Assembly (NCBI GenBank): GCA_012295275.1
Contig: CM022669.1
Span: 13,888,001-13,952,000, forward strand
Direction of reading: 5' to 3'
Length of the DNA stretch: 64,000 nucleotides
Source of the DNA: Chrysomallon squamiferum
Taxonomy: Eukaryota; Animalia; Mollusca
Below, one piece after another: positions 1 to 25,143 of this stretch. Both the position numbers and the translations under genes were made by a program. Within the stretch, counting starts at the first letter, position 1; the number at the start of each line of letters is the position of its first letter. The notes below the pieces were generated by a model. It saw only the letters and a list, made by a program, of their open reading frames with translations, was not told the DNA's origin and did no database searches.

Positions 1-307
1 ACAAATAACTCTAGAAATATACTGAGATATTAAGAAACATTTATTCTTTTGAGAAGCAGAATTTCATTTTCTTCTAAGCTTTCCTTAAAATAAAGCTATT
101 TGTATTTCTTACTATGAATGGATATACTTGCAAAACACCAAATGATACTGTATTAGTTGTAATTTATTCAGGCTGTAACAAAATTTGTAATATAAAAGCA
201 GTTCCGTTTAAATTAATTAATTTTAAAGTGTGATTAAATTATCAGGTGTGTAGAAGAATTCTACTGAAATGTTTCATTAGACTCTAAATGGTGATTTTGA
301 TTTTCAG

Positions 308-1569
308 GACTGGATTATCATCAGCTGATGGAAGGGACAGACTCTCCTGTTGAAGTACTGAAGCCTTTTCTGAGTGGAACCAATGTTAACACTCTGGCCA
401 AACTTGCCAACAAGATACCTGATAGGGTTAGAACTTCTCACTCATTTCTTATACAGTTTAGTTCAGCAGTTTGTAACCTGGTTTGACTTTGGTGTTGTAT
501 TTTTTAGAATTTAATTTTAGATTATCTACATATTATAAAAAAAAAACATCAAATGACAATGCATTAACTTTACATTTGGTGCTAGTTCAAATTTTAATTC
601 ATGACAGTTATTATTATTTATTTATGGGTTGTTGTTTTTTTCTTCTTCTGATTACCATCATCATCATCATCCTTATTATTATTATCTTTATTATTATTAT
701 TGTTATTATTTACTATTCTTTTTCTGCTTTTTCTTCTTCTTATTATTATTATTTTATCATTATTATTACTATTATTGCTATCATTACTATTCTTATTAGT
801 ATTATCATTATTATTATTATTGTTATTATTGTTATTATTATTCACAGAAAGGAGGCTTCTTGCACTCCAGTACAGTGTATGCCACTTGGGCAGTAAAATA
901 CTTCTGGGAAGGTGACCAAAGACAAAGAAACCAGACTCACAGGTAATTTGTTTAATTTAACATTTCATTAAGTTTTGTCAAAATACAGAGCAGGCTCAGA
1001 AACTGTATGAAGCACGATTTATAATTAGTTTTTCTGAAGATTAGCCTTTTTTTTATTTATTTTTTTTTTTTTTTTATTCAAGAATATCAGTTGTGAATTT
1101 CCAGATTTTTTAATTTTTATTTATTATAATTAAATGATAATTGCTTGTACATTATTACTAAGTTGAGTTTATACAACATATTCATAATAAAAAGAGGCAT
1201 TCTAGGCTAATTGAGAAGTGTTATTTCTTTGTCATCACGTACCTAATTAGAAAATAAATAGCCTACTATTTAATTTTCCCAGTATGCAGTTACTGAAAGT
1301 ATGTCTACAGCTGTAATGCTCTATGCTAGACTCCTGTTTTGGACAGAATTCTGTGCATGCCTGAATTTCCCATGTTAGACACAGATAATAAAGAAAAGTG
1401 TTTGTTTGCAGACTGCCTGGATACATCACTACGAGAGCTGTCGAGACCTGATACTTAAACTGCTACCCGAAGATTTCCTCAAATTCACCACCGGAGTTCT
1501 CTTTACAGAGCAATCCAGAACAAAAGTATGTTGTTGTTGTTCCTGTTATTCTTCTTATTATAAATGTTA

Positions 1570-1613
<44 letters not shown>

Positions 1614-4600
1614 TTTATTAGTATTATTATCATTGTCATAGTCATTGTTGTTGTTATTGTTGTTTCATTATGGTGATTATCATCATCATCTTTATTTTTA
1701 TGATTATTATCATTATGAGCATTTTTATCATCGTAGCTGTTATCAGTAGTAATCATTATTATTGTTGATAGTTTTTACTGTTACCATAATATTAAAATAC
1801 CAAAACTGTCTTTTCTTCATGTCTGCTTTCAAAAAGAAAACAACTAAAGAAAACAAACAATTTTACACTGAAGAAAAAGAAATCTATCTCTTCACGGTGT
1901 TATTTTACTGGTTTTTCTTTTGTCATCATTTCAGTTAACCAGTGAAAGCAGACAAGAAATAGCAAAGAGGGCTTTGAAGTTTTCACGACAACAGAGTGGT
2001 GATAAGAGGAAGAAGAAAGATGTCAGGTAGTAGATAAAAAAAACAATATTATTTAATTTTTTACATGCATAAAAAGTCATTTCCATGTCTTGAAACATCC
2101 TCTGATAAAACAGCATCAAAGCAGAATAATAATTAATATGAGCAGTCATCTTAGAAAATGTATTTAAAAAAGATAACAGAAATACTGATTTATATTTTGC
2201 TGGTTATTCTATAGGGCCTTGAAAAAATTCGAGTTACTCCAGTTTCAGAGATTTTGTGGGGTTTTTTTTCTTAATAAATGTCCTCTGCATTGTTTACTAT
2301 TTTAGTTTCATTTATTCACTTGATGCAACTTGCCTTTTATTAGAGCTATATCTTATCTGATCTCAGCATTATGTCAATAGAATTTGGTGTTCCTGTGGGT
2401 TTTTTCCATTTCTTTATAGGTTATTACTAATGACTTTGTTTTGAATGTGTTTAAAATTGTAAATGTATGATTTACTTCTTCTTATTTTGTTTTTATTATT
2501 GTTATTATTATTTCTGTTATATTACATTTATTAATTTAATACTGTAACTATTAGTATCTGTTTCATTAATGCTTTTAACAATAATAGAAATAGCAGTATT
2601 ATTATTATCACCATCATCATCATCATCATCATTACCACCAGTGAAATTTGATATTATCATTACTTTCAGTACAACTCCATAACTGTACTTTTTATATACC
2701 TGTGTTTTTTTTTAAAGTTTTTAACATTATCACAGACTAACTAAGAATTTTGTGTGCTAACTAATTCAGGACTTTAACCTGGGACGAAGTCAGCGAGAGA
2801 CTGCAGAAACAGCTGAATCATTTGAAGACACTGGACAACGACATCATTAAATCTTTTAAAACAGCCAAGGAGGGTCACTTTAAAACATACTCCACGCTGT
2901 ATGACCTGAGCGCAGGAGATGAGAGTCTGGTCAGTAGTATTCTGATTCATTATTATTAGTTTAAATAGGTGTGCATTTTTTGTGAAGTTGGACAGGTGTG
3001 TGTTTGTGTGTGAGAGTCGTGCATGTGTGTGCGTGTGTGTGTGTGTGTTGTGTGTGTGTGTGTGTTTGTGGCTACAATAATTCATTTTTGTGGGAGTTAG
3101 TATAATACAAATTGAATAAACTGTTAAACTAACCTTTTGTTCAGAATAAAAATAATTTTAATAAAGTATTGTATTAGTTAATGGATGGGATTCAGTTCTA
3201 ATTTTTTTTTTTTTTTTTAATTTGAACTTTTCTTTTTAAATTTCAGCCGAATTGAAATGATCTCAAAGCGTTTATATATTTATTTATTTATTATGACTAT
3301 TATCATTGTTGTAACACAGCTGAAGAGTCTGCTGGTAAGAATGGTGCTGGACGGTCAGTCAGTTGACTTGATTGACGACATGCTGCAGGTGGCGCCACTC
3401 AGCTCCTGGTCAGCGTGTACAGCTGTGCAGGAAGCCGTCTCTTTGATAGCTGAAAAACTGAGGTCAGTTTTGATTCTCTGTTTCAATTTACAGTCGTTTT
3501 TACTAGCATCCTTTTTATTATGAACCGTTTTCATTTTGTTGCTGCTAGTTTAAAAATGACTAGTGGGTGTAAAATATTTAAATACAGGAATGTCTGGGTA
3601 TCTGATGACTGTATTAGTATTTAACTGATAATTGTATTTTTGTTTTTTGACATATTTTTTTTTTTTCTGTGAATGTAGATATTTTTGAATTGATCCTCAT
3701 TATGTTTATGATTGGTTATTTCTGAAAAATGAAACGGACTGTTTTGGTGATTATTATTATTATTATTACTATTGTTTTATTTATTATCATCATCATGATT
3801 ATTATTCATTTATTAATAGTAGTAGTAGTTGCATTTATTGTTCGTGGAATCATTGAAATTTAAATTACCATCACTGATTTTTTTTTTTTTTTTTTTTTAA
3901 TCTGTTTGTTATTGTAGAGATCCAGACACAAAGAATGAACTGATTTCTGAATATCCTGTTTTACCTACTTTAGAATTGATTGTTCAGAATGTACAGGAAC
4001 ATGAACAAAATGAGTAAGTTTGTTTTTTACTGTTGCACTTTTTTGTTAAAAATTATTTTTTCATTGTTTCTTTTGCTCACAGGAAAATCTGGACAGTGTC
4101 CATTTTTTTTATCTTTATATGTTTGTGTATATTTACTGATATTGATGGACACCTTAAGAATGGGTGTTTTATTATTCTCCACTTTTATCATTTATTAAAT
4201 TTTCTAGATGTCCTAACATATTTAGATTCTGTGTAGGTCCATAAACAACAATTCTTGGCTTTTTTATTTTATTATTATTTTTTTTTTAATCATGCAATCT
4301 GATATGTTCTGGCAGGTATATATTTTGAGTTAAATTTGTTTTCACATAACAATTCACATGATCAAGTCAGAGAGGGTATATGTATTTTAAGATTCAGTTT
4401 TGATATTGTAATTACAAATATAGTGGAAAATAAATAAGTTAATGTTTGTAATTTCAGAGGAGTATATGTATTTTAAAACTCAGTTTTGATATTGTAATTA
4501 CAAATATAGTGGAAAATAAATAAGTTAATGTTTGTAATTTCAGAGGAGTATATGTATTTTAAGATTCAGTTTTGGTATTGTAATTACAAATATAGTGGAA

Positions 4601-6174
4601 AATAAATAAGTTAATGTTTGTAATTTCAGAGGAGTATATGTATTTTAAAACTCAGTTTTGATATTGTAATTACAATATAATGGAAAATAAATAAGTTAGT
4701 GTTTGTAATTTCAGAGGAGATCTGATAAACTCTGAGCATGTTACTTCACTTTTGAGGCCGTTTTGTTCTGATGGTTCTGTTGCAGTGCAACCTCGACTCG
4801 ATGTTTTACACATCTTAGAGAAGGTGACTTTCTTATTACTTTATTATTATAAGTCCACACAGCTTTATATATTAACATTCAGTTAGCTTTTATTATTATA
4901 AATTGGCATAGCTTAATTAAGTCATCTTGTTCTGACTTACTATTTTCTAACCTGTTTAAGAAATTAACCGATTTCGGTAAAATTCAGACACACTTTTATA
5001 ACCATTGTCTATATATGTGTGTGAGGGTTTGTCTCTGTAACCATATCTGTGTTTGTGTTTGAATGTCTGTTCATATCAATTTGACACCATAATAAGGTTT
5101 ATGTAAAAAACAAATTGAATATTTTGTGATTAAACCCTTTCCAATTGTTAGAACTTGAGCAGAGTTCTAAAACAAAAATTGAATTCAGCTGTAGGTCAAC
5201 AGTGTGTATGTGTATAAGTAGTTGTTTGCAAAGTCCTGGTTATTATTTCAGAGTTTGGTTTTGTCAGATGAGGACAGGATTCTGCTGTCGTTTTACAGAA
5301 CTAAGGCTTTGGTTTCATCTGCCTGGGACAGTATCAAGGTAAAGTGAAATTATTGATACCTGTGTATTTAAATTCTTGTTACTTCTGTCATTTTAAATTT
5401 CATTAAATATTCCAAAAATGAATATATAAATAAATAAATATTTAATAAAAAGCACAGTCCCATTGGTGAATGATTTGTATTTACCAAGCATCAACAATGA
5501 AAATATGTTTTTGTGATGAATTCAGAGTCAAAGCCTGTTTTGTTATTAATTCTGGGTTATGTTTAATCAAATATTCTGGTAGAGTCATAAATTTTTGTTA
5601 TTAATTCTTTTATAACCAGTTTAAACTGTATCATTTCATTTTTCATTAACTGTTTTGCTGTGTGTTAAATATATGAATTGAAAGTTACATTGTTTTAAGG
5701 AGAAAAAATAGGATCTTAAACCAGTGTTGTTGTATTTTAGCCATTTATTTCATCTTGTTCATAAATAAAAGTTTGCATTTTTTTTCTAAAACCTAGTTTG
5801 ATGTCCTTGGTATTTTAAATTAAATCTTGTTTTATTTATTTATTTTATTTTTATTATTATTATTATTATTTTTTTTATTTATTATTATAATGTTTTATAT
5901 ATATATATATTTTTTTTTTTTTTTTCAAATATAAACTGGTGAATATTGGATTGATTTATCTTCTAACAGATTTCAGAAAATGATCTGTCAACAGCTGAAA
6001 GCAGACAGAAACTGTATGAAACTCTGTTGTCTGCTTGCTCCAGTTCCAGTCACTTTTGGTCTTTGTGTCAAATACTCAAAATGTGGCCACAGACACAAGC
6101 GGAGGAGTAAGTATCCAATTTTGTTTTTATTTCAAAACTGTTCAATTAAAAATAATTCTTTATTTTTCTTTCAA

Positions 6175-6218
<44 letters not shown>

Positions 6219-7526
6219 TATGCAAATAATCTTAAATTTGTATTATATTTGTAATTACTTATTTGTGTGGTGTGTCAATTGTTTATATGTATATTTGTAT
6301 ACATCATTATCTTGTTTAATTGTTATTTAAACTGTTTAATTTATGCTGGAATGTTAGTATTATGTTGATAATAATCATTATTTTCATTTATTACTATAAT
6401 AATAATTATTATTATTATTTTTTTTTTTTTTTTTTTTTAAAGCTTAAAGCCTTTGGAAAATCTGTGGGTACGACTGTTTATTGCTATGGTGACAACAGAA
6501 AATGTTGAAATTGTGAAACTGATAAACAAAACAGTACAGGAACTGTGGGACAACAGTCTGATCAGTCAGCAGGTTTGTATTTATTCTGTGAATATTACCA
6601 TTAGAAAATGTATACATTTTAAGTCAGTATTTCAATAATGTCCATATTTTGCACAAAATAATTTGCCGCTGTGATGGTATAAATCGGTCTTTGGAAGATT
6701 ATTTTAGCAGCATAAATCATATAACAAAACTGATGTATATAGTGGATATTACAGTTATAAAAGTTTATATTACTAAATATCTTCTAAAATATAAAACTCA
6801 AATTATGGACATTGTTATAAGATAATAATACCATTTATCTATAGAAATACTGAAAATAATTTTATTTTTTTTTTATTTATTTATTTTTTTTTTATGTGTT
6901 TTTGAATTTTACTTCCTTTTTTTAAAATTCTTTTAAAGTTTAAAATATTAAATCACCTTTGTTTTTTTTAGTCTTCAAAAATGTCATCTGTAAAGCATAA
7001 GTAAAAACCCTTCTATGATTTTCACATTATAATTATGTTTTATTTCAGTGCACTGAATGTGTGTTTGATGAGCTGCTGAACTACCGCTACGACATTGAAG
7101 GAGCCAAGTTTATTTTACTGTGTAACCAAACCAGCTTGTTCAGCACAGTCATAGAGACACTGGCAGCTTCCAAACAGGTGAGATTTTAACACGATTCCAG
7201 CATTATCTACTGATTAATCTCACAAGATAAATAAAATGATTAGTGTCAGCATGTTATTATATCAATGGGATGGATAAATGTTGTATATAATTATTATATG
7301 AGAGGGGAAAACCCTGTTTTGCTAATTAGTAGAGAATAAAGCATATACCACTGAGTATGGGTAACTAGTTATTCAAATTATAAGGTTGATGAGGATGGAT
7401 ATTTGACCTGTCAGACATAAACCATATAAATGTTGAATACTGCTAACTGAATGAGATATATTTCTTTAATATAGAGACTTTTCTCAAAATATGTCAAAAC
7501 ACACACACACACACACACAGACAGAC

Positions 7527-7563
<37 letters not shown>

Positions 7564-7959
7564 CTTTTTTTAAACACGATTCTTCCATTGTTTACAAATA
7601 AATACTGCTAAGAACTTAAAAGAAAATAAAGCAGTTTTGTTTCCTTTCAATTTTTCTTCACTTAGTGCGAGGTGGACGAGAATCTGCTCAACCTTCTGCT
7701 GGAGAAAAACCTCCTTCCTTCCATTGTGTCCACCTGGCTGTTCGCACCTGCTGTTAACCACATCTTGGAAAAACAGGGTGAGGAGCCTCCCCTACCAGAC
7801 CACCTCTGTGTCGACTCCATCGCCAGACGGCTGAGTGAGGCTGGGTTCAGGGCCGAGGCTGGGTCACTGCTGCTCAGAGCCAGAACTAGTCATCCACTGC
7901 TGCAGACTTTCGGATCAGCCCTGGCTCTGACAGTGGGCAAACTGTTCAAGTCTTCTTGA
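308..7959 (+). CDS. NBAS: Neuroblastoma-amplified sequence (NBAS, Sec39-like NRZ tether subunit), 3' part; the 5' part lies upstream of the window
   Basis: Hand-spliced GT-AG exons: 308-426, 848-942, 1412-1525, 1935-2026, 2770-2929, 3320-3462, 3918-4013, 4715-4823, 5252-5338, 5970-6106, 6443-6572, 7049-7177, 7666-7959 (TGA). The translation (LDYHQL..KIPDR, FWEGD, LYDLS, LDGQS, LRPFCSD..VQPRLDVLHILEK, EAGFRAEAGSLLL..HPLLQTFGSAL) follows the human NBAS C-terminus as I recall it (LRPFCADD..PRIHVLQIL, EAGHEAEAGSLLL..TFSTAL). One phase break in exon 848-942. Confidence 0.93.
607..842. repeat. (ATT)n/(ATC)n low-complexity trinucleotide tract in an NBAS intron
   Basis: Directly visible. It generates the spurious poly-I/N/L ORFs at 483-915. 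Confidence 0.9.
1527..1765. repeat. (ATT/GTT/ATC)n trinucleotide tract in an NBAS intron
   Basis: Directly visible immediately after the donor at 1526. Confidence 0.9.
4376..4719 (+). repeat. 4 x ~86-bp tandem repeat whose unit contains the NBAS 3' splice site
   Basis: Units start at 4376, 4462, 4548 and 4634. Each ends GTTTGTAATTTCAG|AGGAG; the last copy is the real acceptor of exon 4715-4823. Confidence 0.92.
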
Positions 7960-10607
7960 CAAACAGCAGCAGTAGTATAGCTTGCTGATGATAAGTTATT
8001 GTGTTTTTATATTACAGAGTGAAATATTTATACTAAAACAGATGTTACAGTTTTGAAAAGAAATTGATGCTGGACTGAAATTAACGGTCGGGAATATTTA
8101 TATTATTGTTGTTGTTGTTGTTATTTCAGTTGTGGAAAAACTGATACTGATAGTAATACTGACGTTATAGGTGTGAAAAAGAAATGACACTAATGTTGCA
8201 GAGTGAAAATATATGATGTTACAGTGTGAAATAGATGTTACATTGCTGTGAATGATGGTGAAATATATTTATTTGTTCTGCTGTGATGTTTCAACTAATA
8301 ATATAACGAGTTTATTCACTGATTATTATTATAAAGAGATGAAATTTATACACATTTTTACTTTTGTTAAAGTCACTTTAGAAATAGATGACATTTTGAA
8401 AAATTGTTAAATTGAAAGTTATCTTAATAGCTTTTATTATATATTTCAGTGGTATGATAGATCTAAGAACTTAAAAATATGTTAAATACCATGTTTTTTC
8501 AGTCATCACTGGGTTAATGTTTATTTGCAGCATACATTTAAGCACCATACAAATGTCATTTAATTCAAATACTTGAAGCAGGAAAACAGAAATCGGATCT
8601 AAAATCATTGATGGTTACTTTAGATTATAAAAAAGAAAATTACAAAAATTCTCAATCTTACATCATCTATGCTTATTTACTAGCTTTAGCCATATTTTTT
8701 TTTTTTTTTTTTTTATAAACTCTTCCTTTTTTGTTTTTGTAAATTCTCCTGGGGTAAAAGGTTACATATTTAATTAAATGGTTTTTCCAGCTATGGCTTA
8801 TGATGATCATTCTATTTTTCTTGTTTTCAGTAATACAGTTGTAATAAATTATTATGTAGTCTATTGTTAATTAGATAATAAGCCACAATTTTATTTTATT
8901 ATTTTCTGTTGTTGTTATTTTTCTAAGTTGTTGGTTGTGGCGTAATCATGCTTTTCTACCTCATAAAAATTAATTTTTCCTAAAACTTGTAAGCTAAAGA
9001 AAAATTCATTGCAACTAAATCAGGCTCAAATGTTAATTTATATGGAGATGTTTCGTTATTATTATCTAGAATAATTAACTACTAGCTTTGGTAATAATTT
9101 TTAATATTATGATCATGATTGTTAAACTAAACATGTTGGCTTTGAAGTATATTTTAAATGTTTGATTTTCATTCTTGTATTAAATACCTTTATTGTTGAC
9201 ACATCTTGTTCTCTTTATTCCATTAATTAAAGTTTTCTTTATAAACACATACAAAAAAAAAATAAGAAAAAGAAATAGACATGCATGCCAAGAAACCCAT
9301 TCAAAAGAAGTACAAAATAAAATTAATTGAAAATGTGATTCAGATTTCTTATTTAAATTCTACAAATAAAATCCAATTTTCATAGTAACTAGAAAATATT
9401 TACGCTTCAACCTGTTTTAAAAAAAGCAGTGTAAATTATGAAATAAATTGTATCTCCTATAAATGGAAACAAATAAAAAAAAAAAACATTGAAGATCAAA
9501 GTAAAAAGAAAATAAAAGATTTTTTCAAATAAATCGTATTTTTTTACTATTATATAAAAATTGTTGCTAACAAAGGCTTTCAAATCAATTTATACTTACA
9601 GATTTTACAAGTGGAAAATAAGATACAAATTCATGTATTAAAACAGAAAGTCTTTTTCTGTTCATACAATACTTCTGTAGTATTTTTCTTTTTTCTTAAT
9701 GTCAACAATTTTGAAGGTTGCTATTGAAATTTCTTTTGTTTTATTTAGTGAATGTATAAGCATTTTCCAATATATAGTATTTCCAGCCCAACCCATGTAT
9801 AGTCGTAACATCCACAATGGGAATTAACAATATAAATCTGTAAATCTGCATGACTGGCAAATCAGAGTATAAAGCACTGTAATAAATTAAATTTCACATA
9901 TTTTCAACAAATTTCAAAAATAACCAAATAATTTTTTTAATTGTTATTGTTGGGCGATTACATTACATTCAGAGGGGTTGGAGGTTATTCCAGTGCCCAG
10001 ATTGGTAAAGTCACATCCCCAGGAGCTTGGCTCTGAGGAAGAGATTTACCTATTGTCGCATCTATTTGAGAAAAGAGCTAGAAAAAAATCTAATAGCTGA
10101 TGGGTAACTGGAAATATCCCCCCCCCATCAATAAATATTTAGTCAGCTAATCATTAATTTTGTTATAATAAAATAAAAATATTGTTTGATAGAAAAAAAC
10201 AAAGAACAAATTAAGCAAATAAAATGTATTTATTACCTGAAATAAGTTTGTAATTAGTATGTATGTATGTATGTATGTATGTATAATTTATGAATTGTTA
10301 GAGTTTCTAATTAATGAGAATTCTTATAATTTCATTTAAATTGTAGCATTAGACAATTAGCAATGATTTAAATATATGTAAAAAAATTAATTTTAAACAC
10401 ATTTTTTGATTAACAAAATTAATTACTATTAATAAAATGTCTACATTTATAAAGCACTAAATTTAATTTGTAATTTCCCAAACCATGTTAATGCTAACAA
10501 ACTATTAGTATTTTCTAATATTATAGAAACTTAAAATATATTAATAAATGTATCTTCGAAAGAGAATACTGTCATTTAATTTAATTGTAAGTTTTTTTAA
10601 TTCAAAG

Positions 10608-11763
10608 TAGGGTTGGAAAACCGATATTTAAATACCGATAAATACCAGTTTTAGTAATTGATGGGAAATATGGTTACCGAAGTACCTGCTCGTCTGTTTA
10701 ATGTTCCACGTTTAGCTGTTTGATTGCTGACATGTATATCAGTAACTCATTTTGACAACTAGTGATAAGGGATATGCTCCTGCTTCTTATCAGATACTGG
10801 TGTGTATCATGGTACTACGTTCCATAGATAACTTGTACGTGGTAACAAAGATAACGTCTGTCCAAAGCAACCACATTCTTCCTTATGTAGATTAAGAGCC
10901 ACTTCTCTCTTCACACTTCTCTAACAAAAGGCAGGTTAACATTTGTTTCTGCCCAGTAAGCATCACTCTAAAGGGACACTGATGCAACAGTGAGCACTTA
11001 TGTGTTCACGTGCGTATGATGAACAAGATTCCGTTTTTATAGGCCGTTACGTTTATTTCTTTATTTTGTCCTGTACTTCATGAACTAGAATATTCATAAG
11101 CTAATTCTTTTGACCGACAGTTGTGCTTTATCTATCTTGCGACACTCCACCGATTTGTTACTTCGTTATATTGTGCCTGTTAAGTGTTAAGTGAAAAAGC
11201 ATCACCTCTCACAGTGTTTTGTTAAAAAAAGTCAAATGTGTGGCAACACTTTTCCAGAAAAAGTAAAGACGAAAAATCCGGTGCTGAACTATTATGAAAT
11301 CATAAAAATAGAGTTAATTGAATACTTTTCGAATCAAATTGTTGCTGGAATTCGTTATTCGATTTCACTTGACAAGTATACATCATCCCAGAATCGTCGG
11401 TTTATGAACATCAATGTACATGATGTAAAGAAACACTGGTCTCTCGGTTTAGTCTGCTTTCGAGGATCATTAAACAGTAAACGGTTGATCAACTGTGTCT
11501 AGCCCACAGCATCCATCTACGAGTGTGTAATGTTTTGTACAAAGAAGATAAACTTGAAAACGATACTGAAGAAAGAACTTCTTTGGAAGAAGAAGATACT
11601 TGGGGACAATTAAGATACAGCTATAGACACAGCTTTTGAAGATACACCTACAGACACAGCTTTTAAAGTCATACTTCAAAGTAACTAAAACTGGTGAAAA
11701 CCAGTACTGAGAATATGTTGATAATTTACCGGTATTGATATTATCAATAATTTGCAAACCCTA
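10608..11763 (+). mobile_element. Degenerate, internally deleted hAT-superfamily DNA transposon
   Basis: Left end TAGGGTTGGAAA; right end TTTGCAAACCCTA (reverse complement TAGGGTTTGCAAA). The 8-bp flanks ATTCAAAG (10600-10607) and CTTCAAAG (11764-11771) match 7/8, consistent with a TSD. GC is higher than the flanks and there is an internal transposase-like fragment. Confidence 0.8.
11191..11502 (+). pseudogene. hAT transposase fragment
   Basis: RYSISLDKYTSSQNRRFMNINVH..HWSLGL resembles the hAT catalytic first-Asp segment (S-x-T/S-x-D-x-W-T-S..R-Y-x-x-I-x-x-H). The ORF is short and truncated and lies inside the TIR-bounded element. Confidence 0.72.
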
Positions 11764-11985
11764 CTTCAAAGCTCATGATTATACTTAAAAATAACAACTA
11801 AAACAAATGACAATCTTCAAACTGGCTTACATATATACTGTCGGTGTAAACATTATTAAGCATGTTGTACGTTTGCTGTTTGTGCATTTTCATTAAATTA
11901 TATAATCTTCGATATCTTGATTAAGTCTTCGTTAAATTCAAAAACAAAATTTTCTTTATAAAAAAAATTAGTTACGGAGAGAAAA

Positions 11986-25143
<13,158 letters not shown>

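Noticed and set aside
483-915. Poly-I/N/L ORFs that look like membrane or low-complexity proteins
   Set aside because: They are translations of an intronic (ATT)n tract. The same applies to the other microsatellite ORFs (e.g. 12166-12464, 53771-54314, 59567-59980, 62467-62715).
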